This document shows, in pieces, positions 30,573-40,161 of a DNA stretch of 64,000 nucleotides (position 1 is the first letter of the stretch; each line of letters opens with the position of its first letter). The stretch spans positions 20,842-84,841 of the forward strand of contig CAZGOA010000001.1 in assembly GCA_964527425.1 (NCBI GenBank). Direction: 5' to 3'. The notes under the pieces are model-generated. The model saw nothing but the letters and a program-made list of their open reading frames with translations. It searched no databases and was not told the origin of the DNA. Source of the stretch: an uncultured Gammaproteobacteria bacterium. GTDB taxonomy: Bacteria; Patescibacteriota; Microgenomatia; UBA10105; UBA927. The translations under genes were made by a program, and so were the position numbers.

Positions 30573-31680
30573 GCTTCTGTTTTTGTATTGCAATCATTCC
30601 TGAGAGTAATTTTATTACTTTGGTTGAAATATTTAATTCTTGATAATGAATAGACGGATTCAACTGATTGGCTAAATGCTGTGTCGAGAGTGTTGTCGAT
30701 ATTGCTTGCATTACATCTCCTGCTTCTAGCCCACAGACTATGATTGAACCAGCATCAAATGCTTCAGGTCGCTCCGTTGATGTTCGAAGCTGAATAGCAT
30801 TACATTTAAGTATCGATGATTCTTCTTGAATTGTGCCAGAATCAGATAATACACATAAGGCATTTTTTTGAAGCTTAATATAATCAAAAAACCCAAATGG
30901 TTTATGAAATATAATATTCTTATTATTCATTATGAATCCTTGTAAACGCATTTTAGTGCGTGGATGTAGTGAAACAATTATAGGTTTTTTATATTCATCT
31001 ACAACAGCTTGTAACGTGTTAATCAACTTCCTTAAAGGTTTTGGATCATCAACATTTTCTTCTCTATGAACACTTACTAAAAAATATGAATTAGGATTTA
31101 ATGACAGTTTTTTAAGAATATTTGATTTTTCAATAGATTCTGCATAGTAATCAATTACTTCTTTTAGAGGAGAACCAAACACAAAGATAGAGTCAGGGTC
31201 TATACCTTCTTCAAGTAAATATCTTCGTGCATGTTCGGTATAACATATATTAAAGTTGCTGATATGATCTACTATTCTCCTATTAATTTCTTCAGGAACA
31301 CGCCAATCAAAGCATCTATTACCTGCTTCCATATGAAATATTGGTATATTCATACGTCTTGCTATGATTGCTGAGAGAGAACTATTAGTATCTCCCAAAA
31401 TTAAAATTGCATCTGGATTAATTCTACTAATAATATCTTCCGTTTGTGATAAAATATTACCAATTAATCTACTAAGGATATTAGATTTTACATCCAAAAT
31501 ATGATCAGGCGCCCGCAAATTAAGCTCATCAAAGAAAATCCCACTTAATTCAAAATCATAATTTTGGTTAGTATAAACAAATACATGCTTAAATACTACA
31601 TCAAGAGCAGGAAGTATCCGTGATAAGCGAATAATTTCAGGTCTAGTCCCTAAAATAGACATTACTGTATATTTATGCAT
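30565..31680 (-). CDS. UDP-N-acetylglucosamine 2-epimerase family (CapG/FnlC/WecB-like)
   Basis: 'MSILGTRPEIIRL', 'HMEAGNRCFDWRVPEEINRRIVDHIS'. Confidence 0.8.
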   Translation of the reverse strand: MHKYTVMSILGTRPEIIRLSRILPALDVVFKHVFVYTNQNYDFELSGIFFDELNLRAPDHILDVKSNILSRLIGNILSQTEDIISRINPDAILILGDTNSSLSAIIARRMNIPIFHMEAGNRCFDWRVPEEINRRIVDHISNFNICYTEHARRYLLEEGIDPDSIFVFGSPLKEVIDYYAESIEKSNILKKLSLNPNSYFLVSVHREENVDDPKPLRKLINTLQAVVDEYKKPIIVSLHPRTKMRLQGFIMNNKNIIFHKPFGFFDYIKLQKNALCVLSDSGTIQEESSILKCNAIQLRTSTERPEAFDAGSIIVCGLEAGDVMQAISTTLSTQHLANQLNPSIHYQELNISTKVIKLLSGMIAIQKQKLN

Positions 31681-31684
31681 ATTT

Positions 31685-32722
31685 TTATTTTAATTCCTCT
31701 TTAATCTCAGGAAGTGATAAAAGTAAAGAAATAGTCTGTTCTTCACTTAACTGTTGAGTATTTCCAGATGTATAAGCTTGTAGATTATCTTTATATGTTG
31801 ATTTTCCTTCACTAAAATAGGTTTGATAATTAAAATGCTTTCCTTCTGGAGCTATTTTATAATAATCACCAACATCAAATGCCCTTAAAAATTCTTCACT
31901 GGTTATTAAAGTTTCATGTATTTTTTCTCCCGATCTAATTCCTACATATTGAATACCTTTTTTATAAGAAAAAATTTTATTAATACTTTGTGCTAGGGTT
32001 TCTATAGTACATGCCGGAGATTTTTTTACGTACATAAATCCATTTTCTCCTTTTGAAAGAGCGTAAAGTACTAAGCCAACAGCATTTGGCAATGGCAATA
32101 AAAATCGAGTCATCGTAGGGTCTGTTATTGAAAGTTTTTCTCCTTTTTTAATTTGTTCTACGAAAAAAGGAATTACTGACCCTCGTGAATATAATACATT
32201 TCCATAACGCACACCGCAAATAGTTGTAGTATGTTTTTTTTCATCTAATTCTCTAGCCTTTGCTACCATAACTTTTTCCATAAGTGCCTTAGACATTCCC
32301 ATTGCATTGATAGGATAAACAGCTTTGTCAGTACTCAATACAACTACTCGTTTTACCTTGTGTGATATAGCACTTCTTAAAATATTTTCTGCTCCAATGA
32401 TATTTGTTTGTACTGCTTCAAGAGGGAAAAACTCACATGAAGGTACCTGTTTAAGAGCAGCTGCATGAAACACATAATCTACTTTCTCCATGGCAGATTC
32501 AATACTTTGATAATTTCTAACATCTCCTATAATGAATTGCAATAATGGTGATTGAAACTCATTTCTCATATCAAATTGTTTCTTTTCATCTCTGCTGAAA
32601 ATTACTATTTTTTTTGGATTTTTAGGTAACAATTGTTTAATTACTGCATGACCAAAAGATCCTGTACCTCCTGAAATAAAAAACACTTTATTTTTTATAT
32701 ATTTATTAAATAATTCATTCAT
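31685..32722 (-). CDS. UDP-GlcNAc 4,6-dehydratase (CapE/FnlA/WbjB/PseB-like polysaccharide biosynthesis protein)
   Basis: 'ISGGTGSFGHAVIKQLL', 'VFHAAALKQVP'. Confidence 0.75.
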   Translation of the reverse strand: MNELFNKYIKNKVFFISGGTGSFGHAVIKQLLPKNPKKIVIFSRDEKKQFDMRNEFQSPLLQFIIGDVRNYQSIESAMEKVDYVFHAAALKQVPSCEFFPLEAVQTNIIGAENILRSAISHKVKRVVVLSTDKAVYPINAMGMSKALMEKVMVAKARELDEKKHTTTICGVRYGNVLYSRGSVIPFFVEQIKKGEKLSITDPTMTRFLLPLPNAVGLVLYALSKGENGFMYVKKSPACTIETLAQSINKIFSYKKGIQYVGIRSGEKIHETLITSEEFLRAFDVGDYYKIAPEGKHFNYQTYFSEGKSTYKDNLQAYTSGNTQQLSEEQTISLLLSLPEIKEELK

Positions 32723-32724
32723 AA

Positions 32725-33111
32725 TTATATTGTGTAAGTATCAGAGTCATTAGGATTATACTCTTCACTAATGTAAACTAATAATATTAATTCTTCTACT
32801 CCAATATTTTCTATTTGATGAAATATGCCCATAGGCATCTCTACTATGGTTGGGTTATCAGCACTTAATTCAATTATTTCACTGTCTTTAGTATTCAAAT
32901 TCTTCAATGTTAATAATCCTTTTCCCTTAATAACACAATACCATTCACGCTTTCGATTATGATAATGCCCTCCTTTTTTCATTCCAGGTTTAGCTGTTGT
33001 TATTAGAATCTGTCCAAATGTTGATTTACCTACATGTTCAGCTCTTAATAGTTCATACAACATTCCACGTTCATCTCTTTTTACTTGTAATTTTCTAATA
33101 GATACTTTCAT
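32725..33111 (-). CDS. cupin-fold sugar epimerase/isomerase (CapF C-domain-like or FdtA-like)
   Basis: 128 aa, 'KKGGHYHNRKREWYCVIKGKG' His-containing cupin motif. Overlaps the upstream SDR gene by 17 nt. Confidence 0.6.
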   Translation of the reverse strand: MKVSIRKLQVKRDERGMLYELLRAEHVGKSTFGQILITTAKPGMKKGGHYHNRKREWYCVIKGKGLLTLKNLNTKDSEIIELSADNPTIVEMPMGIFHQIENIGVEELILLVYISEEYNPNDSDTYTI

Positions 33112-33910
33112 AATCTTTATTCAAAATTTCTTGAATACCTTCCAGAATATTCGTCCTAGGAAACCAACCATCATTTGTTTGTATAGTATCTGGAACGATT
33201 TTTGGTAATTCTTTTGGTTCAGGATTATTCGTTTTAAGTATTTTAATTTTTCTTCCCGTAATATTTCGAATAACGGTAATTATATCGTTAAGAGATAGTT
33301 GTGTACCAGAACAAATATTATAAGTACTACTATATATAGTAGTCTTTTTAGACTGAATAATTAATAAAAAAGCGTTTACTACATCTTCAATATATATATA
33401 ATCTCTTTTTTGCTCACCATCATTATTTAAATTTATTGATTGATTATGTAATATTTGATAAAGGTATGTAGAAATAACAGAATTATAGAAAGGCTTACAA
33501 CCAGGACCATATACATTACTTAACCTCAAAATTGTAGATTTAATCTTGTTTCTTTTTGCATATAATGCAAGTAATTCTTCACAGGTTTTTTTTGATAAAC
33601 CATATATAGAATTTTCATAGAATATTTGAAATGAAGAAGAGAACAGAATGTGTGCTTTTGGATTAAAATTATTTACAACATCCAGTAATGAAAGAGTAAG
33701 ATTAATATTTGTGTTAAAAATATCTATATCAGATCCACGATTTTTTCCTCCTAGATGAATAATAATATCTGCATTAGTTACTTCTTTTGTGAAATTTTTA
33801 TTTATCTTTTTTGGGATTCTACAGACATTAAACGCTATATTATATTTGTTTAGTTTTTTAACAAGATGCCTTCCTATAAAACCTGTATGTCCAGTAACTA
33901 ATATTTGCAT
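33095..33910 (-). CDS. short SDR NAD(P)-dependent reductase (CapF N-domain-like)
   Basis: 'MQILVTGHTGFIGRHLVKKL', 'YGLSKK'; 271 aa. Confidence 0.7.
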   Translation of the reverse strand: MQILVTGHTGFIGRHLVKKLNKYNIAFNVCRIPKKINKNFTKEVTNADIIIHLGGKNRGSDIDIFNTNINLTLSLLDVVNNFNPKAHILFSSSFQIFYENSIYGLSKKTCEELLALYAKRNKIKSTILRLSNVYGPGCKPFYNSVISTYLYQILHNQSINLNNDGEQKRDYIYIEDVVNAFLLIIQSKKTTIYSSTYNICSGTQLSLNDIITVIRNITGRKIKILKTNNPEPKELPKIVPDTIQTNDGWFPRTNILEGIQEILNKDYESIY

Positions 33911-33921
33911 ATACGATTATA

Positions 33922-35097
33922 TTAACTTAATATTCTATTCAAATTCTTTTTAAAAATGATATTCCAATCATACTCTTTAGCATAAGAACGGGCATTTTCA
34001 CGATATTCATTATATCGTTTTGATGATGACAATAGGATCGATACAGCATTTATAAAGGACTCAATCGTATAGTTTATTACAACTCCCGCCCTTTTTTTAG
34101 TAATATCTTTATTTGTAGATATTGCATCTGTTACAATTACAGGCATCCCGTATTGTGTATATTCTTTTATTTTAATAGGATCAGCATTTTGTACTTTTTC
34201 ATCTAGAATAAGAGTATTAAATGTAGCCAGACCTATCGCTCCATCTCTTAGTAAATGTTCTCTCTCCACTTCTGTCTTAATCCATCCATGAAAAGTTACA
34301 ATTTCTTTTATTTTCAATTTATCAACGAGTTTTTTTAAATAAAGTTCCGCTTCTCCTCCGCCTATTATTTCTAAATGAATATTAGGAAATTTTTTACGAA
34401 GTTTTGTTAATGATCGAATCGGCAAATCTACTCCCATAAAATCAACTAAATGACCAATAAAAACTAACTTATTAATATCAATCAAATGTTTTGGTACTTT
34501 TTTTGCTTTATTAAACCATATACCTATTGGTACATGATACTGTCTTCTAAATGCATCACTTTTCATTCCATTTTTTTCTCTTGCTTTTTTCATAGCACTT
34601 GAAACATTCCATGTTTCATCACATAAAAATACGCAAATTTTATCTAATAAATGATATATAAAATTCATTATTTTATTACTAAACCTTTCTGGAAAATAAT
34701 CTATTGAATAATAAATATTTTTTTTGGTAAACCCGAACAATTTTAATAGAATACCTGCCAACGCATTTAAAGGATCCAATCCTATATATAGATCAAATTT
34801 TTTATTACTACTAATAACCCAATACAAAGAATATAAAACATCTTTAATATACAAAAAAGATTCCGGTAATCGTATATGAGGAGCAGTAGATGACTTTATA
34901 GAAACACTATCCAGATATAACTCCTTTCTAGAAGATTGGCTATAGCACTCGTTTATATACAATAAAGGATGTGCAATAAATAATACTGTTCCTGTATAGT
35001 TGGTGAGACAGAAATCTCGCAAATTATGACCTGGCCCACTGGGTGTAATTGACTCATGAACAACTATTGCAATATTAAAATTATTAGAAAAATTCAT
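33922..35097 (-). CDS. GT-B glycosyltransferase (GT4-like), paralog of 29418..30572
   Basis: C-terminal 'LEIIGGGEAELYLKK...IGLATFN' and shared N-domain pattern. Confidence 0.65.
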   Translation of the reverse strand: MNFSNNFNIAIVVHESITPSGPGHNLRDFCLTNYTGTVLFIAHPLLYINECYSQSSRKELYLDSVSIKSSTAPHIRLPESFLYIKDVLYSLYWVISSNKKFDLYIGLDPLNALAGILLKLFGFTKKNIYYSIDYFPERFSNKIMNFIYHLLDKICVFLCDETWNVSSAMKKAREKNGMKSDAFRRQYHVPIGIWFNKAKKVPKHLIDINKLVFIGHLVDFMGVDLPIRSLTKLRKKFPNIHLEIIGGGEAELYLKKLVDKLKIKEIVTFHGWIKTEVEREHLLRDGAIGLATFNTLILDEKVQNADPIKIKEYTQYGMPVIVTDAISTNKDITKKRAGVVINYTIESFINAVSILLSSSKRYNEYRENARSYAKEYDWNIIFKKNLNRILS

Positions 35098-36878
35098 TTA
35101 ATGTTTCTTTTTGATAGAAGATAATTGCCTAATGCTAGATACTCTAAGCCTGAATGTTCAAATGCATGTATCGCTTCTCTTGGTCCTAGTACTATTGGAA
35201 AACCATGGAGATTAAAGGATGTGTTTAAAACACCACCTATTCCGGTCAATCGTTTAAATTCACTTATTATTTTGTGGTACGAAGGATTCCATTCGGAGTC
35301 AACTAGTTGAGGCCTTATTGTAAAATCATATGGATGCATAGCAGCTCTAAGTTCTTGTTTCGCTTTTTCTGTAGAGTTAAACGTAACTATCATATATGGC
35401 GCAGAAATATTTTTAGGATTAACTATATAATCATTTGCATATTCTTTAAGAATTGAAGGTGTAAAAGGCATCCAAAAATCTCTCAGTTTCATTTGTTCGT
35501 TAATAATACGCACATTATCAGGATTAGAAGGATTAGCAAGAATAGACCGGTTACCTAATGCTCTAGCACCCCATTCCATTTTATTATTCATTCTAGCTAC
35601 TACTTTATTGCTTTGCAACAATTTCGCTATTACTGATTCTATTTCTTTATGATGTTTTACAACAAATTTTTTTTGAATATTGTATTTCTTTATATATGAA
35701 TAAATATCTTTATCACTAAATTCCGGTCCTAAATATAATTCTTTTAATTGTTGAGGATTAATTTTGATACCATATTTTCTGCATTCATCAATATATCCTA
35801 AATACGCTGCACCTAATGCTGTTGATTCATCTCCGGCACTAGGACAAGGAAAAAATTCTTTTACTCCTGCAAGCTCTGCAACTCGCATATTAGCTTTTAC
35901 ATTCATGACTACACCCCCGGCCATACAGATTGTATGAATACCTGTATGCTTAACTGCAGCAGAAACCCATTCAACAATTCTTTCTTCAATGAGTTTTTGA
36001 AATGCACCTGCAATATTGTCAAATCGTAATTCTTTCATTTCATTTTGAAGGAAAAAACCAGAAAGATGTGTATCAAATAATTCTTTAAAAACTAATGGAT
36101 TATTCGGATCAAGGGTAACAATATTTTTTATTTTTTCATATATAGGTAATACACCATAATCTTTAGCATACGGCGCTAAACCCATTACTTTATATTCGTG
36201 TTCATTACGCTTCATTCCAAGATAACCGGTAACTTCCATGTAAAGATATCCCAGAGAACAAGAAGAAGGAGTAGATGCCAATCTTGTCCATTCTCCATCT
36301 TTTACGACATTTACTGTAGCTGATAAAAGATCTCCTTCTCCATCAATAGTTAGAACTAAAGCATTCTTCTTATTGTAGGGACTTCCATAATATGCTGCTG
36401 CCGCATGAGCCATGTGGTGTTCATATTGATGAATTTTTCTCTCAGAAATTGTAAGATATTCAGCAATAACTCGCTTCATCTTATCCGAAGTTCTTTTTCC
36501 AAACACCCTGAAAGCTAATGAGTATAACGGCCATGTAATGGTATGAAGTATTGGAAATTTATATTCCAGGAAACCAATATAATATCGCAATTTCAATAAA
36601 GGGCTATATAAATTACTAACAATATTTAAAATAGAATCATTTTTAATTTTTTTGTCTTGATAAACTGGTACACCCCATAATCTTGGGATTGCTACATGAT
36701 CTATATCGCTACCACTGATTGATTCATTTTCTAATAGCCAATCAATACTTTTATATGGAAATCCAATATAGTTTTTTATACCATTAAATCTCTCTTCACT
36801 AACAGATCCGACAACCACACCATCTTTTATAAGAGTAGCTGTTGCATTGTGACCATCATAAATACCCAATATATACAT
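35094..36878 (-). CDS. carbamoyltransferase, NodU/CmcH family
   Basis: 'MYILGIYDGHNATATLIKDGVVVGSVSEERFNGIKN' (Carbam_trans_N); 594 aa. Confidence 0.8.
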   Translation of the reverse strand: MYILGIYDGHNATATLIKDGVVVGSVSEERFNGIKNYIGFPYKSIDWLLENESISGSDIDHVAIPRLWGVPVYQDKKIKNDSILNIVSNLYSPLLKLRYYIGFLEYKFPILHTITWPLYSLAFRVFGKRTSDKMKRVIAEYLTISERKIHQYEHHMAHAAAAYYGSPYNKKNALVLTIDGEGDLLSATVNVVKDGEWTRLASTPSSCSLGYLYMEVTGYLGMKRNEHEYKVMGLAPYAKDYGVLPIYEKIKNIVTLDPNNPLVFKELFDTHLSGFFLQNEMKELRFDNIAGAFQKLIEERIVEWVSAAVKHTGIHTICMAGGVVMNVKANMRVAELAGVKEFFPCPSAGDESTALGAAYLGYIDECRKYGIKINPQQLKELYLGPEFSDKDIYSYIKKYNIQKKFVVKHHKEIESVIAKLLQSNKVVARMNNKMEWGARALGNRSILANPSNPDNVRIINEQMKLRDFWMPFTPSILKEYANDYIVNPKNISAPYMIVTFNSTEKAKQELRAAMHPYDFTIRPQLVDSEWNPSYHKIISEFKRLTGIGGVLNTSFNLHGFPIVLGPREAIHAFEHSGLEYLALGNYLLSKRNIK

Positions 36879-36883
36879 ATCGA

Positions 36884-37459
36884 TTAATCTACATACTTTA
36901 CTACTTTAGCTGGATTTCCCGCAACGACTGAATAAGCTGGAACATCATGAGTTACAACACTGCCTGCACCTATTATTGCACCCTTTCCTATAGTAACTCC
37001 TTTCATTATCATAGCTCTTCTCCCAATCCAAACATCATCTTGAATTATTATAGGTTTTGATTCAGGAGGTACTCGTTTATATTTACTTGATTCTAATCCG
37101 TATATTGAAAATGACTTAATATCTTTCCTTCGATCTTTACTATGTAGTGAATGACTATTGTTATCCTGAATATAAACATCAGCAGAAACCATAACATACT
37201 TCCCTATTTTTATAGAATTCATCGCTCTAATTACACTTCCACGGGCAATATTAGTAAATTCATCAATTTCTATTTTTCCATTTAATTCAACTATTAACCA
37301 TCCAAAAATACATGCATTTTTTTTAATAATTATTTGATCTTTATTTTTAATTCCTAATATACCTGAACCAATGAAAAAAAATACAGGTTTATTTAACGTA
37401 ATAAGATTGTTATAGAATATTGTATATAACCAAGAAATAAGTTTTTGAATAAATGTCAT
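36884..37459 (-). CDS. hexapeptide-repeat acetyltransferase
   Basis: '[34 protein letters not shown]'. Confidence 0.7.
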   Translation of the reverse strand: MTFIQKLISWLYTIFYNNLITLNKPVFFFIGSGILGIKNKDQIIIKKNACIFGWLIVELNGKIEIDEFTNIARGSVIRAMNSIKIGKYVMVSADVYIQDNNSHSLHSKDRRKDIKSFSIYGLESSKYKRVPPESKPIIIQDDVWIGRRAMIMKGVTIGKGAIIGAGSVVTHDVPAYSVVAGNPAKVVKYVD

Positions 37460-38433
37460 GATTTATAAGTATTAATATACCAATCTATTGTTTTTCTTAG
37501 TCCTGTATCAAACTTAGTTTTTGCTTTAAATTCTAATACTCTTTTCGCTTTACTGTTATCACTATTCCGTCTAGGACTACCATCAGGTTTTGTTTTATCA
37601 AATAAAATTTTGGGGTTTTTTCCAGTATATCTTACTATTTTATTGATTAATTCCTTAATTGAAATTTCTTCATCTGTTCCAATATTCACAGGATCAGATT
37701 TAGGATATTTTTCTATAGCTTTTAACATACCAGATGCCAAATCTTCCACATACAAAAACGCTCTTGTTTGATTTCCACTACCCCAAACTACCACTGGATT
37801 CTCGTCACTTAATACTCTTTTTATAAGCGCTGGAATAACATGAGAAGAATATGAGTCAAAATGATCTCGAGGACCGTACGCATTATACGGTCTAATAATA
37901 CTAATATTCATTCCAAACTCCTCAGCATAATACACACCTAATTTTTCTGCCATTCGTTTTCCCCAACCATATCCACCGTTTGTTGGTTCAGGTTCACTTC
38001 TAAATCCTTCTTCTTCTGGGGTAGGGATAATCGCATCACGGGGATAAACACAAGCTGAAGACACTACTAAAAAACGATTAACTTTTTCTACTCTAGCTGC
38101 CTCAAGCATTGTCATTCCTATATTAAGATTATCTCTTAACATTGTTGCTTGATGCATTCTATTATATTCTATTCCTCCTACATGAGCTGCTAAATTCATA
38201 ACAATATTTTTCCCCTGACAAGCTCGCTTAGCAGTATTTAAATCTGTACAATCACCATTTATAAAATTTATTTGATCTTTTAAATAACCAATGTTCTTTA
38301 TAGTATTGTTCTTTATTCTATCCAGAACAGTTACTTTAGCATTTTTTTTAATTAATAGTTCAACTACATGACTGCCTATAAATCCTGTCCCTCCAGTTAC
38401 TAATACTTTCTGATTGTTCCAAAAATTTATCAT
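37456..38433 (-). CDS. GDP-L-fucose synthase-like (GDP-4-keto-6-deoxy-D-mannose 3,5-epimerase/4-reductase; Fcl/ColC-like)
   Basis: '[13 protein letters not shown]', 'VSSACVYP', '[12 protein letters not shown]', 'HVIPALIKR' parallel Fcl motifs. Confidence 0.7.
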   Translation of the reverse strand: MINFWNNQKVLVTGGTGFIGSHVVELLIKKNAKVTVLDRIKNNTIKNIGYLKDQINFINGDCTDLNTAKRACQGKNIVMNLAAHVGGIEYNRMHQATMLRDNLNIGMTMLEAARVEKVNRFLVVSSACVYPRDAIIPTPEEEGFRSEPEPTNGGYGWGKRMAEKLGVYYAEEFGMNISIIRPYNAYGPRDHFDSYSSHVIPALIKRVLSDENPVVVWGSGNQTRAFLYVEDLASGMLKAIEKYPKSDPVNIGTDEEISIKELINKIVRYTGKNPKILFDKTKPDGSPRRNSDNSKAKRVLEFKAKTKFDTGLRKTIDWYINTYKS

Positions 38434-38448
38434 GTATTTGGTCCTTTC

Positions 38449-40161
38449 TTATAATTCGTCTGTTCTGTCTTCTAATATATGTTCATCACCTTTATAAAAC
38501 CAATAGACTATCTGACTTTTATCAAATTTACCTGATTTCATATTACTGAGTAAAGTAGCTTTATCATTGTAGTATCCAAAACCCTTATCCGCTTGCTCAA
38601 TATATCCAGTCTCACCAAACCCTTCAAATATTCTATTTGCAAGTATTTCATCAGGAATTTTACCTGTAGGATACAATAAAACGCTCAATATAAAACCATC
38701 TCCTAGAAAAAAAGGGATTCTAGTTTTATCGATAAAATAATTTCTATCACTGTCGAGTAATATTACTGGTTTAGCAGGTAGTTTTTCTATATTTTTGTTC
38801 ATTTCACTAATGAAGATTTTCATATCTATTCCTCTTATAGCTGCGTGTCTAACTTCCCGATGTGTAATATTCATTTGTTTATAAAGAAAAATGGTAAACA
38901 GACAAATACCTCCGAACATTGTTAGTTTATTGTTTATTAATTTCAATATTATTTTTTTTATTCCAACTACGAGTCCTCCTACTAGCATCCAAAAAGGGAT
39001 ACCTCCATAATACATATAGATAGAATAAATATATGAATCATATCTGTTGATTAACCGTAGACTAATGGGTAGAAAAGTAACCCAGTACCATAAAAAACAT
39101 ATAAATAGAAATAAATAATGGTTACTATTTCTTTTTAAAATTACATATGCGGTCAATAAGAAAATTCCTGAAAAAAATATACTAACTGTGTCTGATAAAA
39201 TAAAATTTATTATTACATCAATGTTATTGTTATTACTTAACAATCCGTAGTTAAAATTTAACATAAATGTTGCTATACGTTTTACGAATCTAAATGGAAT
39301 AATATATTGAGATAATGATACTAAGGGGTAAAAAAAACTATTAAATACAAACTTAGGGAAAACTAATTTTGGTTCTATAGCATCAACATTTGCAATATTT
39401 ATTGAATATAATTTCACAATATATAGCGATATGCTAATAATAAATAAACTAAATATTGTAGTAATTTTTTTATGCACATAAATCCACGGCAAGACATTCT
39501 TTCTGTTAAAATATCCGGAAATAAAAGCAACTAATACGAAAGTAAAAGCACTAGCCTCTTTAAATAAAAATGCTATATATGCAAATAGTAAAGACAATCC
39601 AACTCTATAAATGTTATTTTTACTTGAAAAAGCAGAATAAATTGCAACTAGTGAAAAAAAACTAGAAAACAAAATTTGATTTCCAGCTCCCATCCAAGTA
39701 AGCACCTGTTCATATCGTGAGGATGATGCAAATAATAAAGAACTTACGGCAGCCCAAAGGATATTACTAGTTATTTTTTTAACGAATAAAAATATTACAA
39801 ATGAATTAATTATATGCATAAACAAAAAAATAACAACAAATGGATTCTGATTAAAAGAAAAAAAATGAAAAAAAAGAATACTCATTCTTGAACCTAAAAT
39901 TCTACCTTTTCCCAGTAATATTTCTAAAAAAGTAAAATTTCTTGTGTCAGAATTAATTCCATATAGAAGATAGTCTCCATATTGCTTCCATTCATCATGA
40001 AGAAAATATATATTTGGAAGCATTCTATACGAATATAATATGCACCCTATTAATAGAAACAAAAAAAAGAAATTAATAAAGGATAAACTTTTGCTAAGTC
40101 GATGTATTAAACTAAAAATCAATCCTGTAGCAGTCTTTTTATTTCTAATTTTACGTCTCAT
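38449..40161 (-). CDS. GT-C membrane glycosyltransferase (PMT_2/ArnT-like) with C-terminal soluble domain; tandem paralog A
   Basis: 'HDEWKQYGDYLLYG' DE loop after TM1. The C-terminal 'PFFLGDGFILSVLLYPTGKIPDEILANRIFEGFGETGYIEQADKGFGYY' is nearly identical to its neighbour. Confidence 0.55.
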   Translation of the reverse strand: MRRKIRNKKTATGLIFSLIHRLSKSLSFINFFFLFLLIGCILYSYRMLPNIYFLHDEWKQYGDYLLYGINSDTRNFTFLEILLGKGRILGSRMSILFFHFFSFNQNPFVVIFLFMHIINSFVIFLFVKKITSNILWAAVSSLLFASSSRYEQVLTWMGAGNQILFSSFFSLVAIYSAFSSKNNIYRVGLSLLFAYIAFLFKEASAFTFVLVAFISGYFNRKNVLPWIYVHKKITTIFSLFIISISLYIVKLYSINIANVDAIEPKLVFPKFVFNSFFYPLVSLSQYIIPFRFVKRIATFMLNFNYGLLSNNNNIDVIINFILSDTVSIFFSGIFLLTAYVILKRNSNHYLFLFICFLWYWVTFLPISLRLINRYDSYIYSIYMYYGGIPFWMLVGGLVVGIKKIILKLINNKLTMFGGICLFTIFLYKQMNITHREVRHAAIRGIDMKIFISEMNKNIEKLPAKPVILLDSDRNYFIDKTRIPFFLGDGFILSVLLYPTGKIPDEILANRIFEGFGETGYIEQADKGFGYYNDKATLLSNMKSGKFDKSQIVYWFYKGDEHILEDRTDEL

